Of a stretch of DNA of 34,166 nucleotides, positions 8,391-17,974 are shown in pieces. Within the stretch, counting starts at the first letter, position 1; each line of letters begins with the position of its first letter. The notes beneath the pieces are model-generated. The model ran no database searches. It was not told the DNA's origin and worked only from the letters and a program-made list of their open reading frames with translations. The stretch spans positions 1 to 34,166 of the IMG/VR virus record IMGVR_UViG_3300045003_000152; one strand, 5' to 3'. Position numbers and translations under genes: made by a program. Source of the stretch: a virus (Duplodnaviria > Caudoviricetes).

Positions 8391-8900
8391 TTACAGGCCG
8401 ATGGCGCGGCGCTGCTGTGCGAGGCGATCGACGCCGCCGACGATCTCGACGAAGTTCGGGACGTCGATCTCGATCAGCGTCTCGCCGTTGCAGACGAGCC
8501 GGTAATACGACAGGGACATCGTGCCGGTCTGGTCGGCGTTGTCGCCGGCCTTGGCCTTGCCGGGGTCGATTTCCTTGTAGCGGCCGCGCACATACACCTC
8601 GACCGCGTCGACATCCTCGCTGTCGTCGCGCTGATAGGAGCCAGCGAAACGTACGGTGACGCCGTCGACCTTCGACGTGCCCCACGTCTTGAACATCTCC
8701 TTCATGAAGCCGCCCATCGTCAGGCCGAGTTCCATCTTCTCCATGCCGAGGTCGATGTCGACCTCGGCGTTCATGCCGCCGCCGCGATACGCCTCCATCT
8801 TGCGCGTGAGCTTCGGCAGCTGGATTTCGGTGACTTCCCCGACGAACGAGGTGCCGTCTTCGAAGACGTTGAAGTTCTTCAGTTTGGATGGCAGAGCCAT
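8391..8900 (-). CDS. FII: Major tail tube protein gpFII
   Basis: MALPSKLKNFNVF...LPKLTRKMEAYRGGGM. Confidence 0.95.
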   Translation of the reverse strand: MALPSKLKNFNVFEDGTSFVGEVTEIQLPKLTRKMEAYRGGGMNAEVDIDLGMEKMELGLTMGGFMKEMFKTWGTSKVDGVTVRFAGSYQRDDSEDVDAVEVYVRGRYKEIDPGKAKAGDNADQTGTMSLSYYRLVCNGETLIEIDVPNFVEIVGGVDRLAQQRRAIGL

Positions 8901-8929
8901 TGCGTTTCCCTATGGTGAGTGTCGAGCAA

Positions 8930-10015
8930 TCAGACCGCGATGCTTTGCGCGAACTTGACCAGATAGCGGTCGGTGATGCGCTGGCGGAACGTCAGGTCTT
9001 CGAGCGGCGGGGCAGGGCAGAAGTCGTAGTCGATGAAGCCCAAGCCGGCCTTGAGCGAATCCTTGTCGTTCGCGCCCGGATCGAACCAGCATTCGCCGTC
9101 GATCAGGTAGCCGGCGGTCTTCCACGCGCGGAACTTCGCATTCACGCCATCGACGATGTCGCGCATCAGCGTGCGGCTCATCGGCTGGTCGACGGCCCAC
9201 ATGTGCGCCTCGGCCATCGTGTCGGCCGCGTTCACCAGCGTGGTCACTTCGTGGCTGTTCAGGTAGCCCGCGTCGGTGTTCGGATCTTGCAGGTCCCAGA
9301 ACACGTCGCGGCTGATGCCCGTGACGCCGTTGACCACGACGTTCGAGATCGTCTTGTGCCAGCCGATCTCTTCGTCGATCTTCGCGCGCATGCCGAGCGC
9401 GCGCGCCGTTGCCCACGTGATGTCCTCGGCGTTGGTCGTGGTGTTCCAGTTCACAAAATCCGGCCAGATCGTCATCAGCTCACGCTGGCCGAAATTCGCG
9501 CGGTAGGCGGTCGCTTCCTCCTTCGTCTGTGCGCCGAACGCGCTGATGTAGCCGAAGCCGCGTAGCTTCTGCGCGATCGTCGCAAGCTCGGACGCGACGG
9601 GCAGGGTGTCGAGGCCTGGACAACCGAGCACGCGCGGCTTCACGCCGAGGCGGCTCTTCGCGGCGAGCAGCGCCTTCATACCGGTGTACTGGCCGTCCGC
9701 GGTGGTCGTGCCGATCACGTTGCTGGTCGTGGTATCCGCATCCTTGCCGGTCGGCACACGCACCGCGACGATCAGCGGGGACGTCTGCGCGGCAATCGCA
9801 TCGAGCGAACGCCCGAGCGTGCCCTTCGTGCCTGCCTTGCCGACCGCTGCCTGCACGTCGGTGATGAGAACGGGACGGTTTTCGGGGAAGGTGGCCGCAT
9901 CGGCGTCGTCGGCCGTGCTGACCAAGCCGATGACGGCCGTGCTGACCGTGCGGATGGGGCGCGTACCCTCATTGATCTCAATGACCCGTACGCCGTGGTG
10001 GTAATCAGAAGGCAT
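8930..10015 (-). CDS. FI: Tail sheath protein gpFI, with apparent ~29-aa in-frame deletion
   Basis: MPSDYHHGVRVIEINEGTRPIRTVSTAVIG...GWHKTISN; 361 aa; GxRFWGxRT segment missing. Confidence 0.92.
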   Translation of the reverse strand: MPSDYHHGVRVIEINEGTRPIRTVSTAVIGLVSTADDADAATFPENRPVLITDVQAAVGKAGTKGTLGRSLDAIAAQTSPLIVAVRVPTGKDADTTTSNVIGTTTADGQYTGMKALLAAKSRLGVKPRVLGCPGLDTLPVASELATIAQKLRGFGYISAFGAQTKEEATAYRANFGQRELMTIWPDFVNWNTTTNAEDITWATARALGMRAKIDEEIGWHKTISNVVVNGVTGISRDVFWDLQDPNTDAGYLNSHEVTTLVNAADTMAEAHMWAVDQPMSRTLMRDIVDGVNAKFRAWKTAGYLIDGECWFDPGANDKDSLKAGLGFIDYDFCPAPPLEDLTFRQRITDRYLVKFAQSIAV

Positions 10016-10080
10016 GCAATCTCCCGGAAGTGAGCCTCCCGAAAGATTGCCGCTCGCGCGCGCGCAGATCACGCACGTGT

Positions 10081-10105
10081 GGTTGTGCAGCGGCCGAGCA
10101 CAACC
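10081..10105 (-). promoter_or_regulatory. Ogr-binding dyad of late promoter pF
   Basis: GGTTGT-N13-ACAACC upstream of FI; same element at V and P/O. Confidence 0.8.
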
Positions 10106-10125
10106 GAAACCGCCGCGAAACGTCG

Positions 10126-10875
10126 CTACGCCGCGACGCCCGGAGTGTCGAGCCCGGCCAGCCGCGCCGTTGCGACCTGATGGTAGGCCGGCTCGAGCTC
10201 GCAGCCGATCCAGTTCAAGCCGCCCTGTTTCGCAGCGTCGAGGAACGTCCCGGATCCGGCGAACGGGTCCAGGACGACGCCGCCGGCCGGCGCCAGGCGC
10301 ACGACTTCGCGCGCGAGCTGCGCGGGCTTTTCGGTCATGTGACGCTTCGGGTGCGCGAGGCGTTCGGAGAACACGCCGGGCAGGTACACGTCGGCGCGGC
10401 GCACGGCACCCTTCGTCGCCCAGACCAGGAATTCGGCCTGCTGCGCGAAGCCGCCGGCGCGCGGCCGTGTACGGCCGCTCGTCTTATCCCACACAGCGAC
10501 GCCGCGCCACGTGAAGCCGGCCGCCTGGATTGCATCGGTGAGGCTCGGCAACTGGCGCCAGTCGACGAAGCAGACGAGGTGCGCTTCGTTGCGACTGACG
10601 CGGTAGACCTCGGCGAGCCACGTCATGCACCAGAACGTCCACGACCGTTGATCCTTGCTGTCGTGCTGGAATTCAGGGTAGACGGTCTTCACGTCGCCGC
10701 CGATGTACTTGCTCGATGGCGCCTGGCTGCGCGACGCGCTCGTCGTGCCGCCGGACGAGTAGGGCGGATCCGTGAAGGTCAGGTCGATACAGCCGTCGGG
10801 CAACGCGCGGAGCACGCTCAGTGCGTCGGCCAGATGAATGCGGTTGATCAGGTCAGCGGAGATGGGGTGTTGCAT
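10126..10875 (-). CDS. N4-cytosine/N6-adenine DNA methyltransferase (beta class)
   Basis: DPPY motif IV precedes H-x-TEKP and DPFAGSGT motif I. Confidence 0.93.
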   Translation of the reverse strand: MQHPISADLINRIHLADALSVLRALPDGCIDLTFTDPPYSSGGTTSASRSQAPSSKYIGGDVKTVYPEFQHDSKDQRSWTFWCMTWLAEVYRVSRNEAHLVCFVDWRQLPSLTDAIQAAGFTWRGVAVWDKTSGRTRPRAGGFAQQAEFLVWATKGAVRRADVYLPGVFSERLAHPKRHMTEKPAQLAREVVRLAPAGGVVLDPFAGSGTFLDAAKQGGLNWIGCELEPAYHQVATARLAGLDTPGVAA

Positions 10876-11035
10876 GGGGCGATTCCCTCATATCGGAGGC
10901 TCGGTGGCCTGCGGGTAAGGGGCGCTCGGCCCTCAAGACGTTCATGGCCCGACAGCGCGGGCATTTAATCGCGAGCCGGACGTATTCGCCGGCTCCGAGT
11001 TTGCGGTTACAGCCTCCGCAACGAATTTCTTGCAT
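10853..11035 (-). CDS. com: Mu Com-family zinc-finger regulator
   Basis: MQEIRCGGCNRKL...IKCPRCRAMN; overlaps methyltransferase start. Confidence 0.85.
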   Translation of the reverse strand: MQEIRCGGCNRKLGAGEYVRLAIKCPRCRAMNVLRAERPLPAGHRASDMRESPHATPHLR

Positions 11036-11110
11036 GTGATGCTTCCTGCGTGCCGCACGCGCTGCGCAGCGATGCGTGATGGTGTCGCCGGTCAATCCAG
11101 CGGCGTATGG

Positions 11111-11734
11111 TTACGCGGATGCGGCCGTGCTTTCCGGCGCCGGTCCAGTAGGCTCGATCTGCGCGGTGTATGGCGCCGGCTCTGGTGGCCATTCGACCGC
11201 ATCAGGGAACGTATCTTTTTCGATCGCGCTGACGAGCGCCATCTGGTACGCCGACCAGGCTTTGAAGTAATAGATTTCCTCGTCATTGAGCAGGCCGGCC
11301 GCGATCGCGTCGGCCTTGCCGGCGTTCTTCGTGCGCGCGAGCGCAAGTCGGCGCTCGAATTCCGCCATCGCTGCGGCGTGTTTCTCGGCCGCAACGGCGG
11401 CTGGATCGAGCACCCACGCACCGTCACCCCAGACGTGTTTGTCTGAGGGGCGCGGTATCTCGGTAAGACCGCTTTCTTCCGGTGTGACGCCAGCAATCAG
11501 AATCTCGGCCGGCTCGCCGTTGTCGCAGCGATAAAGGATTCGGCCGCGCCAGTCGGGGCGAAGCACCCAGGCACCATCGATGTAAAACGGCCACGTGAGC
11601 GACTCGCGCGCGGGTAGCGCGTCGGTCGTCGCAAACGCAGGAATAAGCCAGCGACCTGGGTTGCGCGGGTCTTCATCGGCGAGTCGACTCGCGATGTATT
11701 GACCCGTGAGATTGTCGTATTGATGAATGAGCAT
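11111..11734 (-). CDS. Tail fibre assembly chaperone (gpG/Tfa-like)
   Basis: WLIPAFATTDALP...WPPEP C-terminus; follows fibre gene. Confidence 0.88.
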   Translation of the reverse strand: MLIHQYDNLTGQYIASRLADEDPRNPGRWLIPAFATTDALPARESLTWPFYIDGAWVLRPDWRGRILYRCDNGEPAEILIAGVTPEESGLTEIPRPSDKHVWGDGAWVLDPAAVAAEKHAAAMAEFERRLALARTKNAGKADAIAAGLLNDEEIYYFKAWSAYQMALVSAIEKDTFPDAVEWPPEPAPYTAQIEPTGPAPESTAASA

Positions 11735-11752
11735 GGTGGTTTTGCCTCGAAG

Positions 11753-13252
11753 TCAGTAAGCCCGGATCATTGCCAGAAACGCGACGCTTCGCACGCGTAC
11801 CTCATTTCCGCCGTCAGGGTTGATCGTGATCGCATGCGCGTGTGCGCCGGCCGCTCCAATGCCGACGTTGTGTCCGTGGTTTCCGCTGGCCGGTACGCGC
11901 GGGCGCGGCCCGCCGCCGGCATCGGACGCTTCCGCGCCATTGGAACCGTTGGTCGTGCCGGCGTTGAATGCATGCGGCCACGGATCCTCGTGATCGTGCC
12001 ACCCCTGTACATCGGTCCAGGCGCTGTGTACGTGGTCGCCGACCGATGACGAAGCCGCGCCGTGCGCGTGCGAGCGGTTCTGACTGTCTTGCCACGAGCC
12101 GATGCCGCGTCCCGGATCGACGCCTCGGCCGTCGTCCCAGAACCGGATGTATTCACCGCGCACTTCCGGGATGCGGAAGCTCGTCGAGCCGTTACCGGTC
12201 GAGAAGCAACCGAAATTTCCTGCGCCCCATTGCGCATCGGTGACGAGCGCACCACTCGCCAGCGCATACGCCCACAACAGCGGGTAGTCGGCGCGGTTCA
12301 AGAGTGCCCCATTGAGCTTGAGAAAGCCGGCGCGAGCGGTTGTGCGCGCTTCGATGACGATCTGTCCGACCAGTGCGGTCGCAACGGTAGCGATTACCCA
12401 CTCGGTCGTGGCGAGCTTCTTCGAGCTGTCGCCGATCGGCGGCGTTTGTGCCGTGACGAGACCGGCCACCTGCAGAAGGCCGATACCTTCATCGGCGACC
12501 GTGCCCACCAGTACCTTGCCGCCCCACGGCGCGATCGCGATATTCTTCTTCGTCAGGTTGCTGTTGTCTGTCGCTTCTATCGACAACCCATCGAACTTCG
12601 CAACCGAAAGGGCTGCCGCACGGACGTCGCTTTGGATCTTCGCCGAGCCGACAACAGCCTGACCATCCGTTGAAAGCTCCGTGGCCTTCACAGGACCGGC
12701 GAACGTTGCGCCCGTGAGCGCGGCGTATCGGCTCGCGGCCGTTTTCGGCGTGATCGCACGGACAGCGTCGATGCCGGCGTCGACCTCGGCTTGCGTCGCC
12801 AGCTCGACTACACCGCGGACGTCCGTCGTGGCCGGCGGATTGAGGAACGTCGTCGGCCCGAACTCGAGTTTCGACACGTCGATCGACGTAAACACCACGT
12901 CGCTCGCGAGCAGCATCATCGATGCCGACGACTTCTCCAGAATCGGCACTTCCTGCACGTACACGCCGAACAGCACACCGTTGTCCAAATAGAGACCGAA
13001 TGCGTACAGCGTGTACCGGTCCGTCGAATCGTCCTCGATGACGACATGGATCGTGTCGAGCGCCACATTGGCACCACCGAAAGTCGTGATGCGCTTGAGC
13101 TCACTCGGCAGTGCATCCATGTCCGGTTTGAAGGCGAACGGAGCGGTACCTAGGCCGATTTGCGTCACCCGGTGCGCCGTGGTGCCCGTATTGCCCGATG
13201 CGACGAGCGCGGCGCGGCCGGCGTCCGTCAACTGAATTCGATTTCCTGGCAT
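11753..13252 (-). CDS. H: Tail fibre protein gpH with collar domain
   Basis: GFLKLNGALLNRADYPLLW...FRIPEVRGEYIRFWDDGRGVD collar, HxH repeats, EVRVRSVAFLAMIRAY end. Confidence 0.9.
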   Translation of the reverse strand: MPGNRIQLTDAGRAALVASGNTGTTAHRVTQIGLGTAPFAFKPDMDALPSELKRITTFGGANVALDTIHVVIEDDSTDRYTLYAFGLYLDNGVLFGVYVQEVPILEKSSASMMLLASDVVFTSIDVSKLEFGPTTFLNPPATTDVRGVVELATQAEVDAGIDAVRAITPKTAASRYAALTGATFAGPVKATELSTDGQAVVGSAKIQSDVRAAALSVAKFDGLSIEATDNSNLTKKNIAIAPWGGKVLVGTVADEGIGLLQVAGLVTAQTPPIGDSSKKLATTEWVIATVATALVGQIVIEARTTARAGFLKLNGALLNRADYPLLWAYALASGALVTDAQWGAGNFGCFSTGNGSTSFRIPEVRGEYIRFWDDGRGVDPGRGIGSWQDSQNRSHAHGAASSSVGDHVHSAWTDVQGWHDHEDPWPHAFNAGTTNGSNGAEASDAGGGPRPRVPASGNHGHNVGIGAAGAHAHAITINPDGGNEVRVRSVAFLAMIRAY

Positions 13253-13257
13253 ATCCG

Positions 13258-13809
13258 TTAATCCGTGAGCGAAAGGCGGCAATAGACCGCCGCACGGACG
13301 GCGGCAGTGATACCGACCGCGCCGGTGGCGCCGAATCCCTGAGTAAAGGTGTAGTGGGCAGTGCCGCGCTTCGCGCGATCGACCTCGGCCATGATGTCCG
13401 CGACGTACTGAGCGGTGGCCGGCACGCCATCACGCGCGCCGACCGTCATGACGATCTCAAACGTGCCAGGCACCCCTCGCGGCGTCATCTCGAACCACTC
13501 GCGCATCATCACGTTCGCGCCGAACGACGCGCAGACCTCGCGCACAGCGTCGGCCGTACCCTTTTTGCGCGCGATGCGGATCGCCGATTTCACGCGCGCG
13601 CGCTTCACCTGCTCGGGCCATTCGTCGCGCCACGTATCGACGCCCATGTGCCAGGCGAGCCACGGTAGGAAGCGCAGCGGAGTCCGGTCCGGGTCCATCA
13701 GCGTGTCGATCTCAATCGGGATGTCGAGCACGTCCGCATTGGCCTGAGCGAGGCGCCGCTCGAGCGCCGTCGCGTTCGGCGGCAACAGTGAGCGGGTCGG
13801 CTTACTCAT
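13258..13809 (-). CDS. I: Baseplate wedge protein gpI
   Basis: SLLPPNATALER...FLPWLAW...KGT. Confidence 0.93.
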   Translation of the reverse strand: MSKPTRSLLPPNATALERRLAQANADVLDIPIEIDTLMDPDRTPLRFLPWLAWHMGVDTWRDEWPEQVKRARVKSAIRIARKKGTADAVREVCASFGANVMMREWFEMTPRGVPGTFEIVMTVGARDGVPATAQYVADIMAEVDRAKRGTAHYTFTQGFGATGAVGITAAVRAAVYCRLSLTD

Positions 13810-14707
13810 CGGCCACCCCGCCGTCGAGCAGCTCGATACCGGTGCAGTACGGCGCCTCGTCGATCGCGATCGGCACACCGTTTGCCGGCGTATCGAGCAG
13901 CACCTTCTGGACGCCGGCTACCCGCATCGACGCATACAAGCCGTCCAGTGTGATCTCGGAGCCGGGACGGTGCATCGCATCGGCGAACTGCTGCGTGTTC
14001 TTGCGTGCGGCGGCGATCGCAACCGCGCGATCCGGGCCGTTGAAGAAGCGCAGCGTTGCGCGGACCGCGTACCGCACGATCTTCGCGCTCTGCACGATGA
14101 CCTCGTCCGCCTGGGGGCGCTTCTTCTCCAGTGCCTTCCTGACGATGCCGAGCAGTTCCTCGCTGGCCGTGCCGTCGCCTTCACGCGACAGAATCGTGAC
14201 GATCATCACGCACGGCGACGGGCTGTACGCGGTGGCGTCTTTCACGCGGCCGTCAGCGGCGCGCGCGTGGAATACATACGCGTCGTCCGGGCCGGCGACG
14301 GAGAATCCGCGCGGCGCGAGCTGGATGCGCTCCCGCAGGCTGTCGTCGTCCTCGTAGATCGGGTCGATGCCGTTATCAGGGTCGCCTGGCGAGATCAACA
14401 GCCGTTCGACGTCGAACAACGCGCCGAGGTGCTCGAGTGTCGTGCGCTTCGCGTACGCCAGCAGGATGCCGCGTGCCTTCTCGTTAATGAGCGCGAGCAG
14501 CAGCATTTTTTCGTACGCGCCTTCCTGCAGCAGCTTCACCATCGGCTCGGATTCGAGCTCGAGCGCGGCAGCGATCTCATCCTGTTGTTCCTTCGGGTAC
14601 AGGGAAACGAGCCGGGCCTTCTTCTCGGCGAGGATGGTTTCGTAGTCGAGCTCCTCGACGATGTCCGGCGCCGGCAGTTGCGACAGATCTATCGGGGTGG
14701 TTCTCAT
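13802..14707 (-). CDS. J: Baseplate assembly protein gpJ
   Basis: IDLSQLPAPDIVEELDYE...GFSVAGPDDAY. Confidence 0.95.
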   Translation of the reverse strand: MRTTPIDLSQLPAPDIVEELDYETILAEKKARLVSLYPKEQQDEIAAALELESEPMVKLLQEGAYEKMLLLALINEKARGILLAYAKRTTLEHLGALFDVERLLISPGDPDNGIDPIYEDDDSLRERIQLAPRGFSVAGPDDAYVFHARAADGRVKDATAYSPSPCVMIVTILSREGDGTASEELLGIVRKALEKKRPQADEVIVQSAKIVRYAVRATLRFFNGPDRAVAIAAARKNTQQFADAMHRPGSEITLDGLYASMRVAGVQKVLLDTPANGVPIAIDEAPYCTGIELLDGGVADE

Positions 14708-15081
14708 GCCGGGCCTCGACCTGTGGCGCGACCGCCCATCGTTGGCAGACGCATGGAGAAGGGCGTGCCGGCGCGCGGGCCGTCGGTGCGCTCGCCGTGC
14801 AGCTCAAGCACAGCGCCGCCGTCGATGCCGGTGCTTGCGAAATCCACCTGATTGACCTGAATGCGCGGCTCCCAGCGGGCCAGCGCCATGACGGACGCGG
14901 CCATCACGCGCATGCGCATGAGTGGATTGACCGGGCCGTCGATCAGATCGGGAAGCAGCGACCCGTAGTCGCGGCGCATGACGCGCGTGCCCAGCGGCGT
15001 GAACAGAATGTCGGCGGCGGATTGTTCGATGTGCGCCTGATTTGCGACCGTGCGGCCGGTGCGTGCGTTCATGCCGATCAT
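14704..15081 (-). CDS. W: Baseplate protein gpW (gp25-like)
   Basis: HIEQSAADILFTPLGTRVMRRDYGS...WEPRI. Confidence 0.93.
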   Translation of the reverse strand: MIGMNARTGRTVANQAHIEQSAADILFTPLGTRVMRRDYGSLLPDLIDGPVNPLMRMRVMAASVMALARWEPRIQVNQVDFASTGIDGGAVLELHGERTDGPRAGTPFSMRLPTMGGRATGRGPA

Positions 15082-15710
15082 CCGTGCCCCTTCGACGTGG
15101 TGCCGCCCATCGAATCGACGTGATCGTGTTGGTCGACCGACACGCCGTTCGAACGCAGCGAGCCGCCTTCGTGCGTGATGTTGCCGCGCAGGACGGTGCC
15201 GACGTCGCCGCCTTCGCCCGCGAGGCCGGCCATGTACGACAGCAGCTTCATGACGGTGCCCGCGCCTTCGATCGTCACGTCACCGGTGAAGACGACCTTT
15301 GGCATGTCGAACGTAAGCGTGCCGCTGCCCTGGACCGTTGCGGTCTTGATGCCGGACACAGTGAGATGGCCGGTCTCAGCGTCGTACGCCACACGAGCGC
15401 CGTCCGAATAGACGCGCACATGTTCGTTCGGGTTCGAGCTCGGCGCGTCGTGACCGTCGCAGTACACGCCGGGCAGGAACAGGCCCGTCGTCGGCTCGCC
15501 CGACGGGCACAGCAGCAGACCGGGTTCGCCGATCGACGGCGGGTCCCATTCGACGCTGGCGCCGGTTCGCTGCGCAAGCCAGCGGATCCAATCGGTTTGC
15601 AGGCCGCCGGATTCCACGCGCACGCGGCGGGCATCGTGATCGACGTCGATCACGGTGCCCTCGCGCAGCAGGCTTTCGAGGCGGCGGTTCAGGTCAGCAA
15701 AATCATCCAT
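15078..15710 (-). CDS. V: Baseplate spike protein gpV
   Basis: LLREGTVIDVD...TDWIRW...PPSIGE...HDH metal-binding tip. Confidence 0.93.
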   Translation of the reverse strand: MDDFADLNRRLESLLREGTVIDVDHDARRVRVESGGLQTDWIRWLAQRTGASVEWDPPSIGEPGLLLCPSGEPTTGLFLPGVYCDGHDAPSSNPNEHVRVYSDGARVAYDAETGHLTVSGIKTATVQGSGTLTFDMPKVVFTGDVTIEGAGTVMKLLSYMAGLAGEGGDVGTVLRGNITHEGGSLRSNGVSVDQHDHVDSMGGTTSKGHG

Positions 15711-15753
15711 GCGGCAAGGATGCCGCGCGCGCGGGAGAGGATCACGTGGAAAT

Positions 15754-15778
15754 GGTTGTGCACGGCCGGTTAACAACG
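15754..15778 (-). promoter_or_regulatory. Ogr-binding dyad of late promoter pV
   Basis: GGTTGT-N13-ACAACG upstream of V. Confidence 0.8.
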
Positions 15779-15911
15779 CAAAGCCTGCCGCGCATCGCGA
15801 TGCCGCGATAGACGATCGAGATCGGCTAGAAGGTGAAGTTCGGCGGCCACGCGAAGCACGGTCGGATCATCGGGGCGAATGTATTCGTCCCGCGCGCGCT
15901 TTCCATGCGCT

Positions 15912-17792
15912 CTATGTTCCACTTGCCTTCGCGAGGATTTGCTTGAGCATTTCCGGAACTGTTCCTTTTGCCTCAACCGTCGCGGTGCGATAGGCATACT
16001 GATTCTTTGCGAGTTGGATACCGGCAGTTGCCTCAATTGCCTCACACGATGTCCTCCAATCGGTCCAGTTCGACTCGAGGTAGGTCTCAAGGTGATCACT
16101 CAGGGTAGCTACCTGAGTGCCGATTTTCTCCAGAGGGAAATCGACCTCATCCTCGCCAAAATACTTGAGAAGCCGGCGGTTCTCGGTGGAAAACTTCGTA
16201 CGGTCACTCTCTATTGCAGCCGGCTTTTTGCCAGCAGCTTTAGCTCGTTCTTCAAAGCCAGCATCTCCGTCGAAAAGTACGTAGGTTGGTATTCCGAGGG
16301 AGGTAAGAATGGCATGAGCGAGGGGAATCCCCCCTTTGCCGCCAGCGGAAACAATTGACAGCCCTTGTGATTCGAGACATCCGACGGCGTCCCGATCTCC
16401 TATGCCGTAGAAAACCGCCGCCTCGGTATCTCCTTCGACAAGTAGCACGCGTGTTGCGAACAACGCGATTGAAAGACGACTCGTAACGACGCCATCGAGT
16501 TGGCGGGCGACTTGGTCGGCATCAACCGTTCCGTTGAGCTTCGTCTTCACGTCGTCGACCGTGGCGCGATGCACGGTGACGGCGGGAATTTCGTCAGACG
16601 ATCGCGTGAGCCGGCGTATCTGATGGAAATGGCGTGCTTCAAGAAAGTACGGGCTATGAGTGGCATACGCGACCTGAATGCGCTTACTGGTGTCTTCGGC
16701 CAGTGACCGTAGAACTTTCGCAAACGTCTGCGCTTGGATCGGGTGTTGAAAAAGCTCCGGTTCCTCGATCGCGAGGCAGATCACCCCCTCTGCCGATGCA
16801 GCCCCTGACCGCGCCAAGAGCTGGAGAGCCGAAATTAGAAGCGTACGCTGGAACCCGTGCCCCTGTCGCTCCACGGCCGTCTCGGTTGCGCCATCGAGCA
16901 CTGCCACTTCGAATGTGGTTCGAGGTGCCTTGAGCTCTACTTCTGCTGGCGACACCGTGACAGCCCGGCCCGGGGAATATGAAGAGACGACATCGTTGAG
17001 CTGAGCCGTCATTTTCTCAAGCTGCGCTTTGAACTTCTCCGCATAGACAGTCTGCTGCTTCGCGCGTGATTCCTCGACGATCTTTGCAATTTCTTCATCC
17101 GCAGCAGCACGATCCACGGAACGCTCAAGGATCCGACCGATGATGCTCGATTTCCCGTCGACTGACTCTTCGCTCGCCCGAAGGTCGGCAGTGACCAAGA
17201 CGAAGTCAAAAAGACCGCTCATCTTGCCGCCACTGTTGAAGCCGAAGAAGTTGGTCTGCAGAGATTCGGGTGCGTCGATAAGTTGATCGGTGTGACTGGC
17301 CTCCCACGTCGTCATGGCTTGATTAGCGGCATCGAGGCTGCTCCAGGGTGGGAGGCCTAGCGAAGGATCGGACTCTCGCAACTCGTTGTACACGACCCTC
17401 TTGTCGCCGGCCGATCCCTTGCTGCGAATGTCGTTGAATGGCGGGTAACTCTTGGAGTTTGCAGATATGCTTTCAGCGCCATCTTTGCTTCGGCGCTTCC
17501 ATGCGGTGAACGTCGTAGTGCCCTCGGGGGCATATTTGCCAAGCTCAGCTCGGTCCTTTTCCGTGAGGTCGTCGAATGTGACCTGAACTTCGATGTCTTC
17601 GTCGGACGCGCCGAAGGAACAGTCCCTCTCGGTGAGCAAACCCGGCCGCCCGTTAAAAAACCAGTCGAGTGCGCGGAGCACCGTGGATTTGCCGGTGCCG
17701 TTTGGCCCAATCAGCGTCGTGACGGAATCAAAAGGAATCGCCACGTCTTTCAGTGTGCGGAAGTTCTTGATGCGAACGGATTGGATCTTCAT
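15912..17792 (-). CDS. OLD-family ATP-dependent nuclease (ABC ATPase + TOPRIM), putative anti-phage defence
   Basis: IKNFR, Walker A GPNGTGKS, QGHGFQR signature, Walker B IEEPE, ATHSPY H-loop, TOPRIM VEGDTE and FDGD; start MKIQSVRI. Confidence 0.9.
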   Translation of the reverse strand: MKIQSVRIKNFRTLKDVAIPFDSVTTLIGPNGTGKSTVLRALDWFFNGRPGLLTERDCSFGASDEDIEVQVTFDDLTEKDRAELGKYAPEGTTTFTAWKRRSKDGAESISANSKSYPPFNDIRSKGSAGDKRVVYNELRESDPSLGLPPWSSLDAANQAMTTWEASHTDQLIDAPESLQTNFFGFNSGGKMSGLFDFVLVTADLRASEESVDGKSSIIGRILERSVDRAAADEEIAKIVEESRAKQQTVYAEKFKAQLEKMTAQLNDVVSSYSPGRAVTVSPAEVELKAPRTTFEVAVLDGATETAVERQGHGFQRTLLISALQLLARSGAASAEGVICLAIEEPELFQHPIQAQTFAKVLRSLAEDTSKRIQVAYATHSPYFLEARHFHQIRRLTRSSDEIPAVTVHRATVDDVKTKLNGTVDADQVARQLDGVVTSRLSIALFATRVLLVEGDTEAAVFYGIGDRDAVGCLESQGLSIVSAGGKGGIPLAHAILTSLGIPTYVLFDGDAGFEERAKAAGKKPAAIESDRTKFSTENRRLLKYFGEDEVDFPLEKIGTQVATLSDHLETYLESNWTDWRTSCEAIEATAGIQLAKNQYAYRTATVEAKGTVPEMLKQILAKASGT

Positions 17793-17974
17793 AGTTGGTC
17801 CCCACTTCTTTTTGTCTATGGCACGAACACCGGCTTGCTGCCCCGAAACAGCGACGTTATTCAACCAGCAGGTGCCGCTATTAAAGCAGGCTTTCGCGGG
17901 AAGCGATATTCCGTCCGAGTTATGTCCCATGTCCGCCTAACCTGGAACGACGGAATGTCAGGACGTGGTTTTGG

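Noticed and set aside
11111-13252. Invertible tail-fibre cassette or DGR target
   Set aside because: No invertase, reverse transcriptase, second fibre tip or flanking inverted repeats seen.
15912-17930. Gabija or class 2 OLD system, and the 672-aa start at 17930
   Set aside because: No adjacent UvrD helicase; the family-typical N-terminus MKIQSVRIKNFR begins at 17792.
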